Source: Bacteriovoracaceae bacterium (GTDB taxonomy: Bacteria > Bdellovibrionota > Bacteriovoracia > Bacteriovoracales > Bacteriovoracaceae). From it: a DNA stretch of 64,000 bases. Position 1 is the first letter of the stretch. Every line of letters begins with the position of its first letter. The stretch spans positions 901 to 64,900 of the forward strand of contig QKCN01000029.1 of assembly GCA_003245675.1 (NCBI GenBank). Reading direction: 5' to 3'. The position numbers and the translations under genes are program-made. Positions 18,593 through 27,318 of this stretch are shown piece after piece. Below the pieces are notes generated by a model. It searched no databases. It was not told the origin of the DNA and saw only the letters and a list, made by a program, of their open reading frames with translations.

Positions 18593-19057
18593 ATGAGTGA
18601 TAAAAGCCTAACTCATCTTGATGAAAAAGGGCGTCCTCATATGGTTGAAGTCGGAGAGAAAATTGATCAGAAGAGAACCGCATGGGCCCGAGGTGAAATT
18701 TATCTCCAGAAAGAGACGCTAGAGCTCATTTCTGCTAATGCCATAAAAAAAGGCAATGTTTTAAATATTGCCGAAACGGCAGGAATCATGGCCGCAAAGA
18801 AAACATGGGATCTCATTCCTCTTTGTCATCCTTTGACCTTAACTGGAATCAAGGTCAAGGCAAGTCTTATGGATAATGGAATTGCCATTGAATCTTGTAT
18901 TAGTTGCATCGGTAAAACGGGAGTGGAGATGGAGGCATTACAGGCAGTCAGCTCCGCTTTATTAACGGTCTATGATATGTGTAAGGCCGTTGATAAAGAA
19001 ATGGAAATAGGTAGTATTCGCTTACAGGAAAAGAGAAAAGAAAATGTTACACTTTAA
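18593..19057 (+). CDS. moaC: Cyclic pyranopterin monophosphate synthase
   Basis: SD ggagg lies before the ATG at 18593. Motifs LTHLDEKGRPHMVEVGEK and PLCHPL are present. Confidence 0.9.
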   Translation: MSDKSLTHLDEKGRPHMVEVGEKIDQKRTAWARGEIYLQKETLELISANAIKKGNVLNIAETAGIMAAKKTWDLIPLCHPLTLTGIKVKASLMDNGIAIESCISCIGKTGVEMEALQAVSSALLTVYDMCKAVDKEMEIGSIRLQEKRKENVTL

Positions 19058-19991
19058 AGCTCATTCACAAGGAACTCTTGAATCAATTAATGTCTCTGAA
19101 AAAAAAGGTGTATGTAAAACCCCAATTCAGAGTGTCGATGTCGATGGAGAGGGGATTGTGTGCGATGCCCATCGCGGTAAGTGGCATCGGCAAATTAGTT
19201 TGATGAGTTTGGAAGATATTGAAGCCTTTAGTGCGGAGACCAAGCAGAGTTTTGAAATGGGGATTTTCGCCGAGAACTTAACTTTGCGTGGAATTCAATT
19301 TTCTGGAATAAGACTATTTGATCGCTTGCAAATTGGTGATTGCTTGCTCGAAATTTCTCAGTTGGGGAAAGCCTGTCATGGCGGAGCTTGTGCTGTTAGA
19401 CAGCGAGTAGGCGTGTGCATTGTTCCCAAAAAAGGAATTTTTGGGCGAGTCCTTAAAACCGGAAAAATTTCTCAAGGCGATGAGTGCGTTTATTTTCAAA
19501 AAATTTGGAAGGCTAAAGTTGTAGTGATGAGTGATCGGGCCTTTGCTGGCGAATATGAAGATCGCAGTGGGGAACTCGCTTTACAAAAACTCCATGGATT
19601 TTTTGAAGAAAAAGGGTATTTACTCGAAACCCAAAAAGTTATTTTGCCGGATGAGCAAGATCGTTTGGAATTATACCTTAAAGAACAAATTGCAGAAGAA
19701 GTTGATTTGGTTGTGGTAACAGGGGGAACAGGGATCTCTCCTCGCGATGTGACTCCAGAAGCAGTTTTAAACGTGATGGAAAAAGAGCTCCCCGGCTTAA
19801 TGGATTACATTCGTTTGAAATATGGGGCCGATAATTTTAATGCCCTAATGAGTCGTTCTCTTGCCGGTGTCGCGGGACATACTTTGCTGTTTGCCATTCC
19901 GGGAAGCACGCGCGCAGTGGAAGAGTACCTTAATGAAATTTTGAAGGCCTTTGAACACAGCTATGCCATGCTTAAAGGCCTATCACACTAA
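19044..19991 (+). CDS. Fusion protein: N-terminal MOSC domain and C-terminal MoaB/Mog-type molybdopterin adenylyltransferase domain
   Basis: The N-terminal half carries a MOSC-like pattern (GIVCDAHRGKWHRQISL, FAENLTLRG, LGKACHGGACAV). The C-terminal half carries VVTGGTGISPRDVTPEA and AIPGSTRA. Confidence 0.8.
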   Translation: MLHFKAHSQGTLESINVSEKKGVCKTPIQSVDVDGEGIVCDAHRGKWHRQISLMSLEDIEAFSAETKQSFEMGIFAENLTLRGIQFSGIRLFDRLQIGDCLLEISQLGKACHGGACAVRQRVGVCIVPKKGIFGRVLKTGKISQGDECVYFQKIWKAKVVVMSDRAFAGEYEDRSGELALQKLHGFFEEKGYLLETQKVILPDEQDRLELYLKEQIAEEVDLVVVTGGTGISPRDVTPEAVLNVMEKELPGLMDYIRLKYGADNFNALMSRSLAGVAGHTLLFAIPGSTRAVEEYLNEILKAFEHSYAMLKGLSH

Positions 19992-20374
19992 GCGGGGATG
20001 GCCCGCAGGTGGAAGCTCATTTCTAGATCTTGCTGATATTCAAGAGAAAATCGTGCCCAAGGGCAGCGATCCAGTCTTTTTCTTTCAATGGGAAGTCCAG
20101 TGCCTTCACATTCACCATATTCTCCTCTTTCCATTTTACGTAGGGCAATAGCAATAGAGTCGAGTAGGCCAATATCCTTTTTATTCAATTGGTCATAGAG
20201 AGAGAGAAGATCTTTATCTGAGGCTAAATCTAATTCATCGGAAAGATCATCTTTGAGTTCTTCTCCCCAGTCTTTTTCTTGGCGTAAGCGACTTTGGATT
20301 CTTTCTTTAATTTCTCGTTGAGTTGCGAGGAGCTTTTTCTTTTGTTTTTCTAGGAAGCGTGCAGTTTTATTCAT
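19988..20374 (-). CDS. DksA/TraR-family regulator with a degenerate zinc finger
   Basis: ATG at 20374 is preceded by aagga. A coiled-coil region precedes GEYGECEGTGLPIERKRLDRCPWARFS. Only 2 of the 4 canonical Cys are retained. Confidence 0.6.
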   Translation of the reverse strand: MNKTARFLEKQKKKLLATQREIKERIQSRLRQEKDWGEELKDDLSDELDLASDKDLLSLYDQLNKKDIGLLDSIAIALRKMERGEYGECEGTGLPIERKRLDRCPWARFSLEYQQDLEMSFHLRAIPA

Positions 20375-20533
20375 ATACAATATCCTTTGTTTTATTGTTT
20401 GACATGACAAACTATATCGCAAAACATAATATGAGTCAAAAAATAACCTGTTTGCTAATTTGCTGAAATAATTGGCCATAGTCAAAAAAATTTTAATGCT
20501 CAATATCAATATAAGGGGAACCGAAAGGGGCAT

Positions 20534-23083
20534 ATGATTTTCTTTAGATCGCAAACATTGCGTCCCTTATTTTTGAGCCTCATATATTTTGGCATATCCC
20601 TTCCTTTTTTGTTTTCTAGCGTTTCCGATGCCAATGTTGCTTCAATCGGATTGGCAACAGGTATTGCAGTGTATTACGGCCTAATCTATGGAACCCAAAT
20701 CTGGTGGGGAATATTTTTGGGCGCTTTTGCCTCGCATTTTTTCTATCTTTTGATATCCAAGGGCCTTGCTTGGAGTGCAGCTAGTGGTGGAGGCTTGATT
20801 GCTGCCCTTTCTGCCAGTGTGGCATTTGTGGGGATTAGCTATTTTTTTAAAAGAAAAGAATTATCTCTAAATCTTATTTTTAGTTCGATTCGCTATTTTC
20901 TTCAGTTCATCGTTATTTTACTGTTGGGAAGTACCGTCGCCTCCTTAATAGGAGGATTTTTATTTATTTATGCCTCTTCTTTTTTTTGGGGCACTTACCT
21001 TCATGATCTTAGTATCTGGTTTTCTGGAAATCTTATTGGGTGCTTTTTAATGCTTCCTTTTCTTTTTTATCGCGAGGAATTAAGTAAAAATTGGGGACAA
21101 AAGGCTTGGCGGACTGAGCTGATTGTTTCTTTGTGCTGCTTATTTGTAGTGCTTTTATTGTCTATTTTTTGTACCTCCTTTTTGCCGGGAATTGAAATTC
21201 TTGTTTTCCCTGTTGTTTTTTGGATCGCGCTAAGGTTAGGAAGAGAGGCAGTAAGCTTTAATTTATTAGTCTTGTCACTTCTAGCTTCAGTTGTCACTAT
21301 TTTGGACAAGGGGCCTTTTGTTCATCATTCTCCATATTCTTCATTTTTTTCGTTGCAGCTCTTTTTGGGAGGTCTTTGGATATCTTCTTTTCTCTTTGCA
21401 ATTCGCAATCATGAGTATCAAGAGGAAATTGAGGAACGTACAAAACGCAATCGCCAAGCGCGATACCTTAGTTCATTATTGGCCGATCGAGTGATTGATC
21501 GCAATGATGCACTGGAGAAGATCAATCAAAAATTTGTGTATTATTTGGAACATTTGCCTTTGGGATATTTGGAATTAGATTGTGATAAAAAAATTATCGC
21601 GTGGAATCCTCAGGCTGAAAAATTTTTCGGTTATACTCGGGACGAAGTTTTAGGGCAGAATATTGTGGAGCTTCTTGTTCCTCCTCAGGCGCGCCAAAAA
21701 ATGTATGAGCTTGTTGATTCTGTAATGCGCAATGGTGTGTATAAAGAATATGTTGATGAAAATTTGACTAAGAGTGGTGAGATTATCGTTTGTGATTGGT
21801 ATAATACGCCTCTTTTTGATAAACAGGGAAATCTCGTTTCTTCAATGTGTCTATTTAGAGATGTGACTTCGCAAAAAGAGTTTGAAGATACTTTGCTGGA
21901 ATCGAAGCTAGAGGCTGAAACGGCCAATCGCTCAAAAAGTATTTTTCTCTCTAATATGAGTCATGAAATCAGAACTCCCTTGAACACCATCATCGGAATG
22001 GCCGATATTCTTAAAAATTCTTTAAAAAACCAAGAAGACAAGCTGTTTGTCCAGTCAATCTATGATTCCGGCGAGGCGCTTTTAAATTTAATGAATAATA
22101 TTTTGGAAATATCAAAAATTGAAATGGCCCAAAATTTGACTGATTTGCGTCGTTTCCGTTTGGCAGATCTTATTCAGGATTTGACATCGATTGTAGGCCC
22201 CAGGGCCCTGAGCAAGAGTCTCAACTTTCATACGACTGTTGATGAAAAGATTCCTTGCGTGATTTATTCCGATCCTCTGAGGCTAAAGCAAATATTGATT
22301 AGTTTGATTGATAATGCAATCAAGTTTACAGAAAAAGGAAATATTGAACTTTCAGTTACTTTGCAGCCAGCGGAACGTTCAAATTCCTTGTTGTTGAGTT
22401 TTAAGGTTATCGATAGTGGTGTCGGTATTGCCGAAGAAGACTTGCCGCGTTTGTTTAAACCTTTTCAACAACTTGATGATTCCTTGACCAAAAAGTACAA
22501 CGGATCAGGACTAGGGCTATTTTTATGTAATATGTTTGTGAGGCAATTAAATGGCACCTTGTCCGTTCGGAGCCAGTTGCAGCAAGGGTCTACTTTTGAA
22601 TTTTCTCTTCCGATTCCAGAAGGGGCATTATTTAATTCTGAAGAGGAAAAGAGGGTTGATACTGCAATGGACTCATTGGATGGGGTGAGTAAGAATCTTC
22701 GCGTTTTACTTGTAGATGATTGCTGTGAAAACCGTGAGCTTATACGGCTCTACTTAAGGGATTATCCTTGCGTGCTTCAGGAAGCGGTGGATGGAGAAGA
22801 GGCATATTCCTATTACAAAAATAATATTTTTGATGTTGTGCTCATGGATATACAAATGCCTGTAATGGATGGTTTAACCGCAACTCGTTTAATTCGTGAT
22901 CACGAAAAAGAAGAAAAGAAAAACCCGGCAACGATTATTGCGCTAACTGCTTATGCTATGAAAGAAGATCGCAACAAGAGTCTTCAAGCAGGGGTCACGG
23001 CCCATGTGACTAAGCCTATCAAAAAAGTAGAGTTATGGAATATTTTAAAAAAGTATTCTCATATTCCTAGTTCTTCTAAGTAG
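20534..23083 (+). CDS. Hybrid sensor histidine kinase (polytopic MASE1-like sensor, PAS, HisKA, HATPase, REC)
   Basis: N-terminal multi-TM region. H-box SHEIRTPLN. Motifs DNAIKFT, DSGVGI and GSGLGL. C-terminal REC (VLLVDD...VLMDIQMPVMDG...KPI). Confidence 0.85.
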   Translation: MIFFRSQTLRPLFLSLIYFGISLPFLFSSVSDANVASIGLATGIAVYYGLIYGTQIWWGIFLGAFASHFFYLLISKGLAWSAASGGGLIAALSASVAFVGISYFFKRKELSLNLIFSSIRYFLQFIVILLLGSTVASLIGGFLFIYASSFFWGTYLHDLSIWFSGNLIGCFLMLPFLFYREELSKNWGQKAWRTELIVSLCCLFVVLLLSIFCTSFLPGIEILVFPVVFWIALRLGREAVSFNLLVLSLLASVVTILDKGPFVHHSPYSSFFSLQLFLGGLWISSFLFAIRNHEYQEEIEERTKRNRQARYLSSLLADRVIDRNDALEKINQKFVYYLEHLPLGYLELDCDKKIIAWNPQAEKFFGYTRDEVLGQNIVELLVPPQARQKMYELVDSVMRNGVYKEYVDENLTKSGEIIVCDWYNTPLFDKQGNLVSSMCLFRDVTSQKEFEDTLLESKLEAETANRSKSIFLSNMSHEIRTPLNTIIGMADILKNSLKNQEDKLFVQSIYDSGEALLNLMNNILEISKIEMAQNLTDLRRFRLADLIQDLTSIVGPRALSKSLNFHTTVDEKIPCVIYSDPLRLKQILISLIDNAIKFTEKGNIELSVTLQPAERSNSLLLSFKVIDSGVGIAEEDLPRLFKPFQQLDDSLTKKYNGSGLGLFLCNMFVRQLNGTLSVRSQLQQGSTFEFSLPIPEGALFNSEEEKRVDTAMDSLDGVSKNLRVLLVDDCCENRELIRLYLRDYPCVLQEAVDGEEAYSYYKNNIFDVVLMDIQMPVMDGLTATRLIRDHEKEEKKNPATIIALTAYAMKEDRNKSLQAGVTAHVTKPIKKVELWNILKKYSHIPSSSK

Positions 23084-23520
23084 TCAGTTCCATTTGCATT
23101 GTGACATTTTATAGGAAATCCTCTTAAGAGGCGCTGAATAGCTTCTTTTTGTTCTACCGTGCCTCGCTCTTTCAAAATCCCGGGGTCAGAATAAATGATT
23201 TCAATAATTCCAGCTTGTAGCAAATGTTTAAGACAGTTGTCGCAGGGACCATGGGTAACATAGGCTTTGCAACCTCTAATAGAGCGCTCGGCAAAGATAA
23301 GAGCATTCATTTCTGCGTGAATGGTCAGCAAATATTTCATCGGACGTTCTGTGGTCATAAATTCTTCGTCACAGCCTGAAACAAAGCCATTGTAGCCAAA
23401 GGAGACTGGGCGATTATCTTGAGTGACAATGACGCATCCCACTTTTGAAGAAGGGTCTTTTGACTTTTTTGCAACTTCTGCCGCAATATTGAGAAAGTAC
23501 TCATTCCAATTAATGCTCAT
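23059..23520 (-). CDS. Deoxycytidylate (dCMP) deaminase
   Basis: Zinc-binding motifs HAEMNAL and PCDNCLKHL. Typical size of 153 aa. Confidence 0.85.
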   Translation of the reverse strand: MSINWNEYFLNIAAEVAKKSKDPSSKVGCVIVTQDNRPVSFGYNGFVSGCDEEFMTTERPMKYLLTIHAEMNALIFAERSIRGCKAYVTHGPCDNCLKHLLQAGIIEIIYSDPGILKERGTVEQKEAIQRLLRGFPIKCHNANGTDYLEELGI

Positions 23521-23612
23521 TTTGTCCCCTTTGCTTGTTGATGGCCATTCCTATTTGCTTTCACTTACGGTAGCATAATATAAACACATGTAGAGGCCTT
23601 TCAGTTATTTTT

Positions 23613-24842
23613 ATGAAAAATCGCGAATACTCACTATTTTTACTTTCTATTATCATATTGTCCTTTTTGTTGGGATCATGTGCTCGCTTTGAGATTAAAG
23701 AGCGCCAACAGGCACTACGCAAGCTATCACAAGCTCCAGCATTAAGTGATGATTTGTCTCTAGAAGGCTTTGTTAAAGGGCTAGAATCTGAAATTTTCTT
23801 TTTGCAGAAGAAGCGACCAGATTTTCTTGATTTTCAATTTGGAGAAAGAGAAATTAGTGTAGAAGAGTATTTGTCTTCTCTTGAAAAGCTACTTGTCGTT
23901 GCAAAAAGCGCAAAAGATATGGAGCAATGCTTTTCTTATATTCAGGAGCATTTTGATTTTTATGAAGTTTATGGGCGAGAGCAGTGGGGCGAAATTTTAC
24001 TTACCTCATATTACGAACCTGTCTTTGAGGCTTCCCTTTCTCCTTCAGAACGTTTTTCTATGCCAATTTATCGCCGTCCTGATGATTTAGTTGAATTAGA
24101 CACTGAGGCTTTTGAAAAATTTATGGAAGGAAAAATTGAAGGCGAACTGCCTTCTCCGCTTTATGGAAGACTTTCTGAACAAAAAAGCATTCGCAATCTT
24201 CCTCTCATTCAACCTTATTTTTCCCGCCGCGAGATTGACGAAGAAAAAAAGCTTGCCGGTAAAAAGCTTGAGATTGCCTATGCTGATCCCTGGGATGTTT
24301 TTTTGTTGCAAATTCAAGGATCGGGTTCCTTGCATATTGGACGCAAAATCGTTCGACTTGGCTATGCCGCTCAAAATGGGCATAAGTATTTTTCCATCGG
24401 TAAACTTTTTACTGACATTATTCCGCCTCGGCAGATGAGTTTGGAAGGATTAGAAAGGGTCTTATTTTCTTTATCTGAGCAAGAGCGCATGGATGCTCTT
24501 TACCAAAATGCCAGTTATGTCTTCTTTAAGGAAATAGATGGGCGTCCTATGACGACTTTGGGGACTGAGGTTATTGATGGACGAACTTTGGCCACTGATA
24601 TTCGTTTTTTTCCTAAAGGGGCCCTTGCATTTCTCAGCTTTTCTAGGCCATTACTTAGCCCCGATGGAGATAAAGAATCTATGGAGCGAGCTTCGCGTTT
24701 TGTTTTTGATCAGGATACCGGCGGGGCCATTTATGGACCTGGCAGGGCCGATCTTTTTTGGGGGAGAGGTGATGAAGCGAGGATTAATGCTGGTCATGTG
24801 CATGGTAAAGCCAACTTATATTATTTAGCCCCACGCCTTTAG
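23613..24842 (+). CDS. mltA: Membrane-bound lytic murein transglycosylase A
   Basis: Lipoprotein-like N-terminus (LLGSC). MltA-type motifs LTSYYEP, IQGSGSL and DQDTGGAIYGPGRADLFWG. Confidence 0.8.
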   Translation: MKNREYSLFLLSIIILSFLLGSCARFEIKERQQALRKLSQAPALSDDLSLEGFVKGLESEIFFLQKKRPDFLDFQFGEREISVEEYLSSLEKLLVVAKSAKDMEQCFSYIQEHFDFYEVYGREQWGEILLTSYYEPVFEASLSPSERFSMPIYRRPDDLVELDTEAFEKFMEGKIEGELPSPLYGRLSEQKSIRNLPLIQPYFSRREIDEEKKLAGKKLEIAYADPWDVFLLQIQGSGSLHIGRKIVRLGYAAQNGHKYFSIGKLFTDIIPPRQMSLEGLERVLFSLSEQERMDALYQNASYVFFKEIDGRPMTTLGTEVIDGRTLATDIRFFPKGALAFLSFSRPLLSPDGDKESMERASRFVFDQDTGGAIYGPGRADLFWGRGDEARINAGHVHGKANLYYLAPRL

Positions 24843-24918
24843 GTCTACTTTTTCCCACTATCCCCGAGTACTCACATCAGTTAAACTAAATTGTTAACCC
24901 TAAGTCTAGGAAGGACTT

Positions 24919-26343
24919 ATGATCAAATTTTTTCTGCCCTTTATGCTCCTCTGCTATTTTGTTATGAATGCTCACTCTCAAGAAACGACGACAGCTTCAG
25001 GTTACGATAAAGCCGGGGTTAGTTTTGTCCACCTTTTTGAGTGGAGTTGGGTTGATGTGGCCAAAGAATGTGAGCTTTATTTAGGCCCCTCTGGATACTA
25101 TGCAGTACAAATTTCACCTCCTCAAGAACACCTCAATAACAGTGCCTGGTGGGCACGTTACCAGCCAGTTAGCTACAAATTGGGATCGCGAGGTGGAACG
25201 GAAACCGAATTTAAAGACATGATTTCTCGTTGCCATAAGGCCGGCGTTAAGGTTTATGCCGATGTGGTTATCAATCACATGACCAGTACTTCAGGCAAAG
25301 GATCGGCAGGAACAACGTTTTCCAAATTTTCGTATCCTGAGTATAGTCGTTCTGATTTTCATTCTTCGTGTGCGCTAAATGACTATCACAATCGCTGGCA
25401 GGTACAAAATTGTGATTTGGTGGGACTCGCTGATTTAAAAACGGAAGCAGAAAAAGTTCAAAAAACAATAGCCGCTTATATTAATAAGCTGATTGAACAT
25501 GGAATTGATGGCATTCGCATTGATGCTGCAAAACACATTCCCAGTACCGATATTGCGGCCATTAAGCAAAAACTTAAAAAAGATATTTTTGTATTTCAAG
25601 AAGTCATTGACTATGGCAATGAGCCCATTAAGGGGGCAGAGTATCTTGGTAATGGCATGGTTACAGAGTTTCGTTATGGGAGTGATTTAGCTCGGATTTT
25701 TCGTGAAGGGAAGTTGAGTTGGCTTCAGACATTTGGTGAAACTTGGGGAATGCAAAAGAGTCAGGATGCCGTTGTCTTTTTAGACAATCACGATAACCAA
25801 CGTGGACATGGAGGCAATGTTCCTGTGCTTACACACAAAGAGGGAAGACTCTATGCTTTGGCCCATGTTTTTGCTTTGGCCGTGCCTTACGGATATCCTC
25901 GCATCATGTCTAGCTATGGTTTTAATGGGGGAGATGATCCTCCGCCCTCTGTCCCTGTGCATACTGCGGCCGGTTTAAATTGTTATAAAGAATGGATGTG
26001 TGAACATCGTTGGAAAGTCATCGTCAATATGATGCGCTTTCGACGTTTTACCGCCTCGGCTTCAACCATTAATAATTGGTGGAGTAATGGCAATAACCAA
26101 ATTGCTTTTGCGCGTGGAAAATTAGGATTTGTTGTTATTAATCGCGAAAATCAAGAATTGAAAAAATGGTTTTATACCGGTCTGCCTGAAGGGAAGTATT
26201 GTAATGTGGTCAAGGGATATATGCAAAATGATCGACGTGGATGTTCTGGAGAAGTTATCTATATTAACTCACATGGTTGGACGGAATTTAAGGTTCCGGC
26301 CATTGATGCCGCAGTTATCCATCTTGGAGCGAAATTAAAATAG
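24919..26343 (+). CDS. Secreted GH13 alpha-amylase of the animal-type, chloride-dependent group
   Basis: Motifs DVVINHM, GIRIDAAKHI, FQEVID, FLDNHDNQRGHGG and YPRIMSSY are present. Confidence 0.9.
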   Translation: MIKFFLPFMLLCYFVMNAHSQETTTASGYDKAGVSFVHLFEWSWVDVAKECELYLGPSGYYAVQISPPQEHLNNSAWWARYQPVSYKLGSRGGTETEFKDMISRCHKAGVKVYADVVINHMTSTSGKGSAGTTFSKFSYPEYSRSDFHSSCALNDYHNRWQVQNCDLVGLADLKTEAEKVQKTIAAYINKLIEHGIDGIRIDAAKHIPSTDIAAIKQKLKKDIFVFQEVIDYGNEPIKGAEYLGNGMVTEFRYGSDLARIFREGKLSWLQTFGETWGMQKSQDAVVFLDNHDNQRGHGGNVPVLTHKEGRLYALAHVFALAVPYGYPRIMSSYGFNGGDDPPPSVPVHTAAGLNCYKEWMCEHRWKVIVNMMRFRRFTASASTINNWWSNGNNQIAFARGKLGFVVINRENQELKKWFYTGLPEGKYCNVVKGYMQNDRRGCSGEVIYINSHGWTEFKVPAIDAAVIHLGAKLK

Positions 26344-26365
26344 GGTGTTCTGCCCTTTCATCAAA

Positions 26366-26396
26366 AAAGCGAAGCGCTTATGAAACGCTTCGCTTT
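26366..26396. terminator. Bidirectional hairpin terminator between convergent genes
   Basis: aaagcgaagcg / cgcttcgcttt, an 11-bp stem with a 9-nt loop. A-run upstream and T-rich downstream. Confidence 0.6.
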
Positions 26397-26413
26397 GAAG
26401 TATGACACAATAA

Positions 26414-27307
26414 TTAGAATCTAAAAACGGCCCCAAAGAAAAACTGCCATCCGCCGTTGACAGAGTTGTCAATGCGGTGGGTATTATCTCTGACAGAGTA
26501 GATGTTATAGCTAGCTTTTCCCATAAGTGCAAAGCGCTTATTGATATTGAATACAATGGACAAATACAATTGATCCTTTGACCATCTCTCTAGGTAGCTT
26601 GTATAGCTTTCTTCATAGCATGAAGTATAGCCACTGTAGTAGTAATCATCGTAATAGTAATCGTCATAATAATAGTCATCGCAAACCATTCTGCCGGAAG
26701 AGTGAGTAACGGGTACGGCACGTGCGACATCATGAGCATAGCCTAGTTCAATTTTAACTTTATTGAATAGTTCTAGACCTGCTTCAATGGAGAAGTGCCC
26801 TCCAGTTCTGCCACTTCCCATACTGGCGCCATCTGAGTGGCGAGTTGAAGCAACACCCAAAGACAGCATGTCCATGGCCGTTTCAAAGGAGAGTCTGACA
26901 TTATCATCAATTTGTACTTCGCCACCAAATTTGACTCCAATAAGAGATATGCGTAGATGCTTCTCCATATCAATGGCAAGATCTCTTTGATAGTTCACGT
27001 TTAGGAGGTTCGCTTCAATCCAGCCTTTGGCCATCTCTGTATTGATTAAACTAAGACCAGCTCCCAGTGTTCGTAGGGAGATTTCAATTTGGTCTAGACT
27101 TGTTCCACCTTTCATATCAAGGTCTGCCGCAACGAGGTAGAGGCTATCTTCGGGGTCTCCGAGTCGGTAGTCTGCTTCTACCAAAAAGAGAACTTCTGCT
27201 TTAGTTCCTCCGCCTACGCCAATTTTAATGTCGGGCATGCCACGACCATCTTGGGCAAATAGGGAGAGAGAAAGTAAGCAGCTAGCGATAAAACTTAAAA
27301 TTTTCAT
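26414..27307 (-). CDS. Outer-membrane beta-barrel protein with an Asp/Tyr-repeat loop
   Basis: Signal peptide. Alternating amphipathic strands. C-terminal ...GAVFRF, the OMP terminal-Phe signature. Internal CDDYYYDDYYYDDYYYSGYTSC. Confidence 0.7.
   Translation of the reverse strand: MKILSFIASCLLSLSLFAQDGRGMPDIKIGVGGGTKAEVLFLVEADYRLGDPEDSLYLVAADLDMKGGTSLDQIEISLRTLGAGLSLINTEMAKGWIEANLLNVNYQRDLAIDMEKHLRISLIGVKFGGEVQIDDNVRLSFETAMDMLSLGVASTRHSDGASMGSGRTGGHFSIEAGLELFNKVKIELGYAHDVARAVPVTHSSGRMVCDDYYYDDYYYDDYYYSGYTSCYEESYTSYLERWSKDQLYLSIVFNINKRFALMGKASYNIYSVRDNTHRIDNSVNGGWQFFFGAVFRF
26636..26680 (-). repeat. Coding tandem repeat, 3 x 15 nt, encoding (DDYYY)x3
   Basis: Units gtagtagtaatcatc / gtaatagtaatcgtc / ataataatagtcatc on the + strand. 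They differ only at synonymous positions. Confidence 0.8.
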
Positions 27308-27318
27308 AACAGCTCCTT

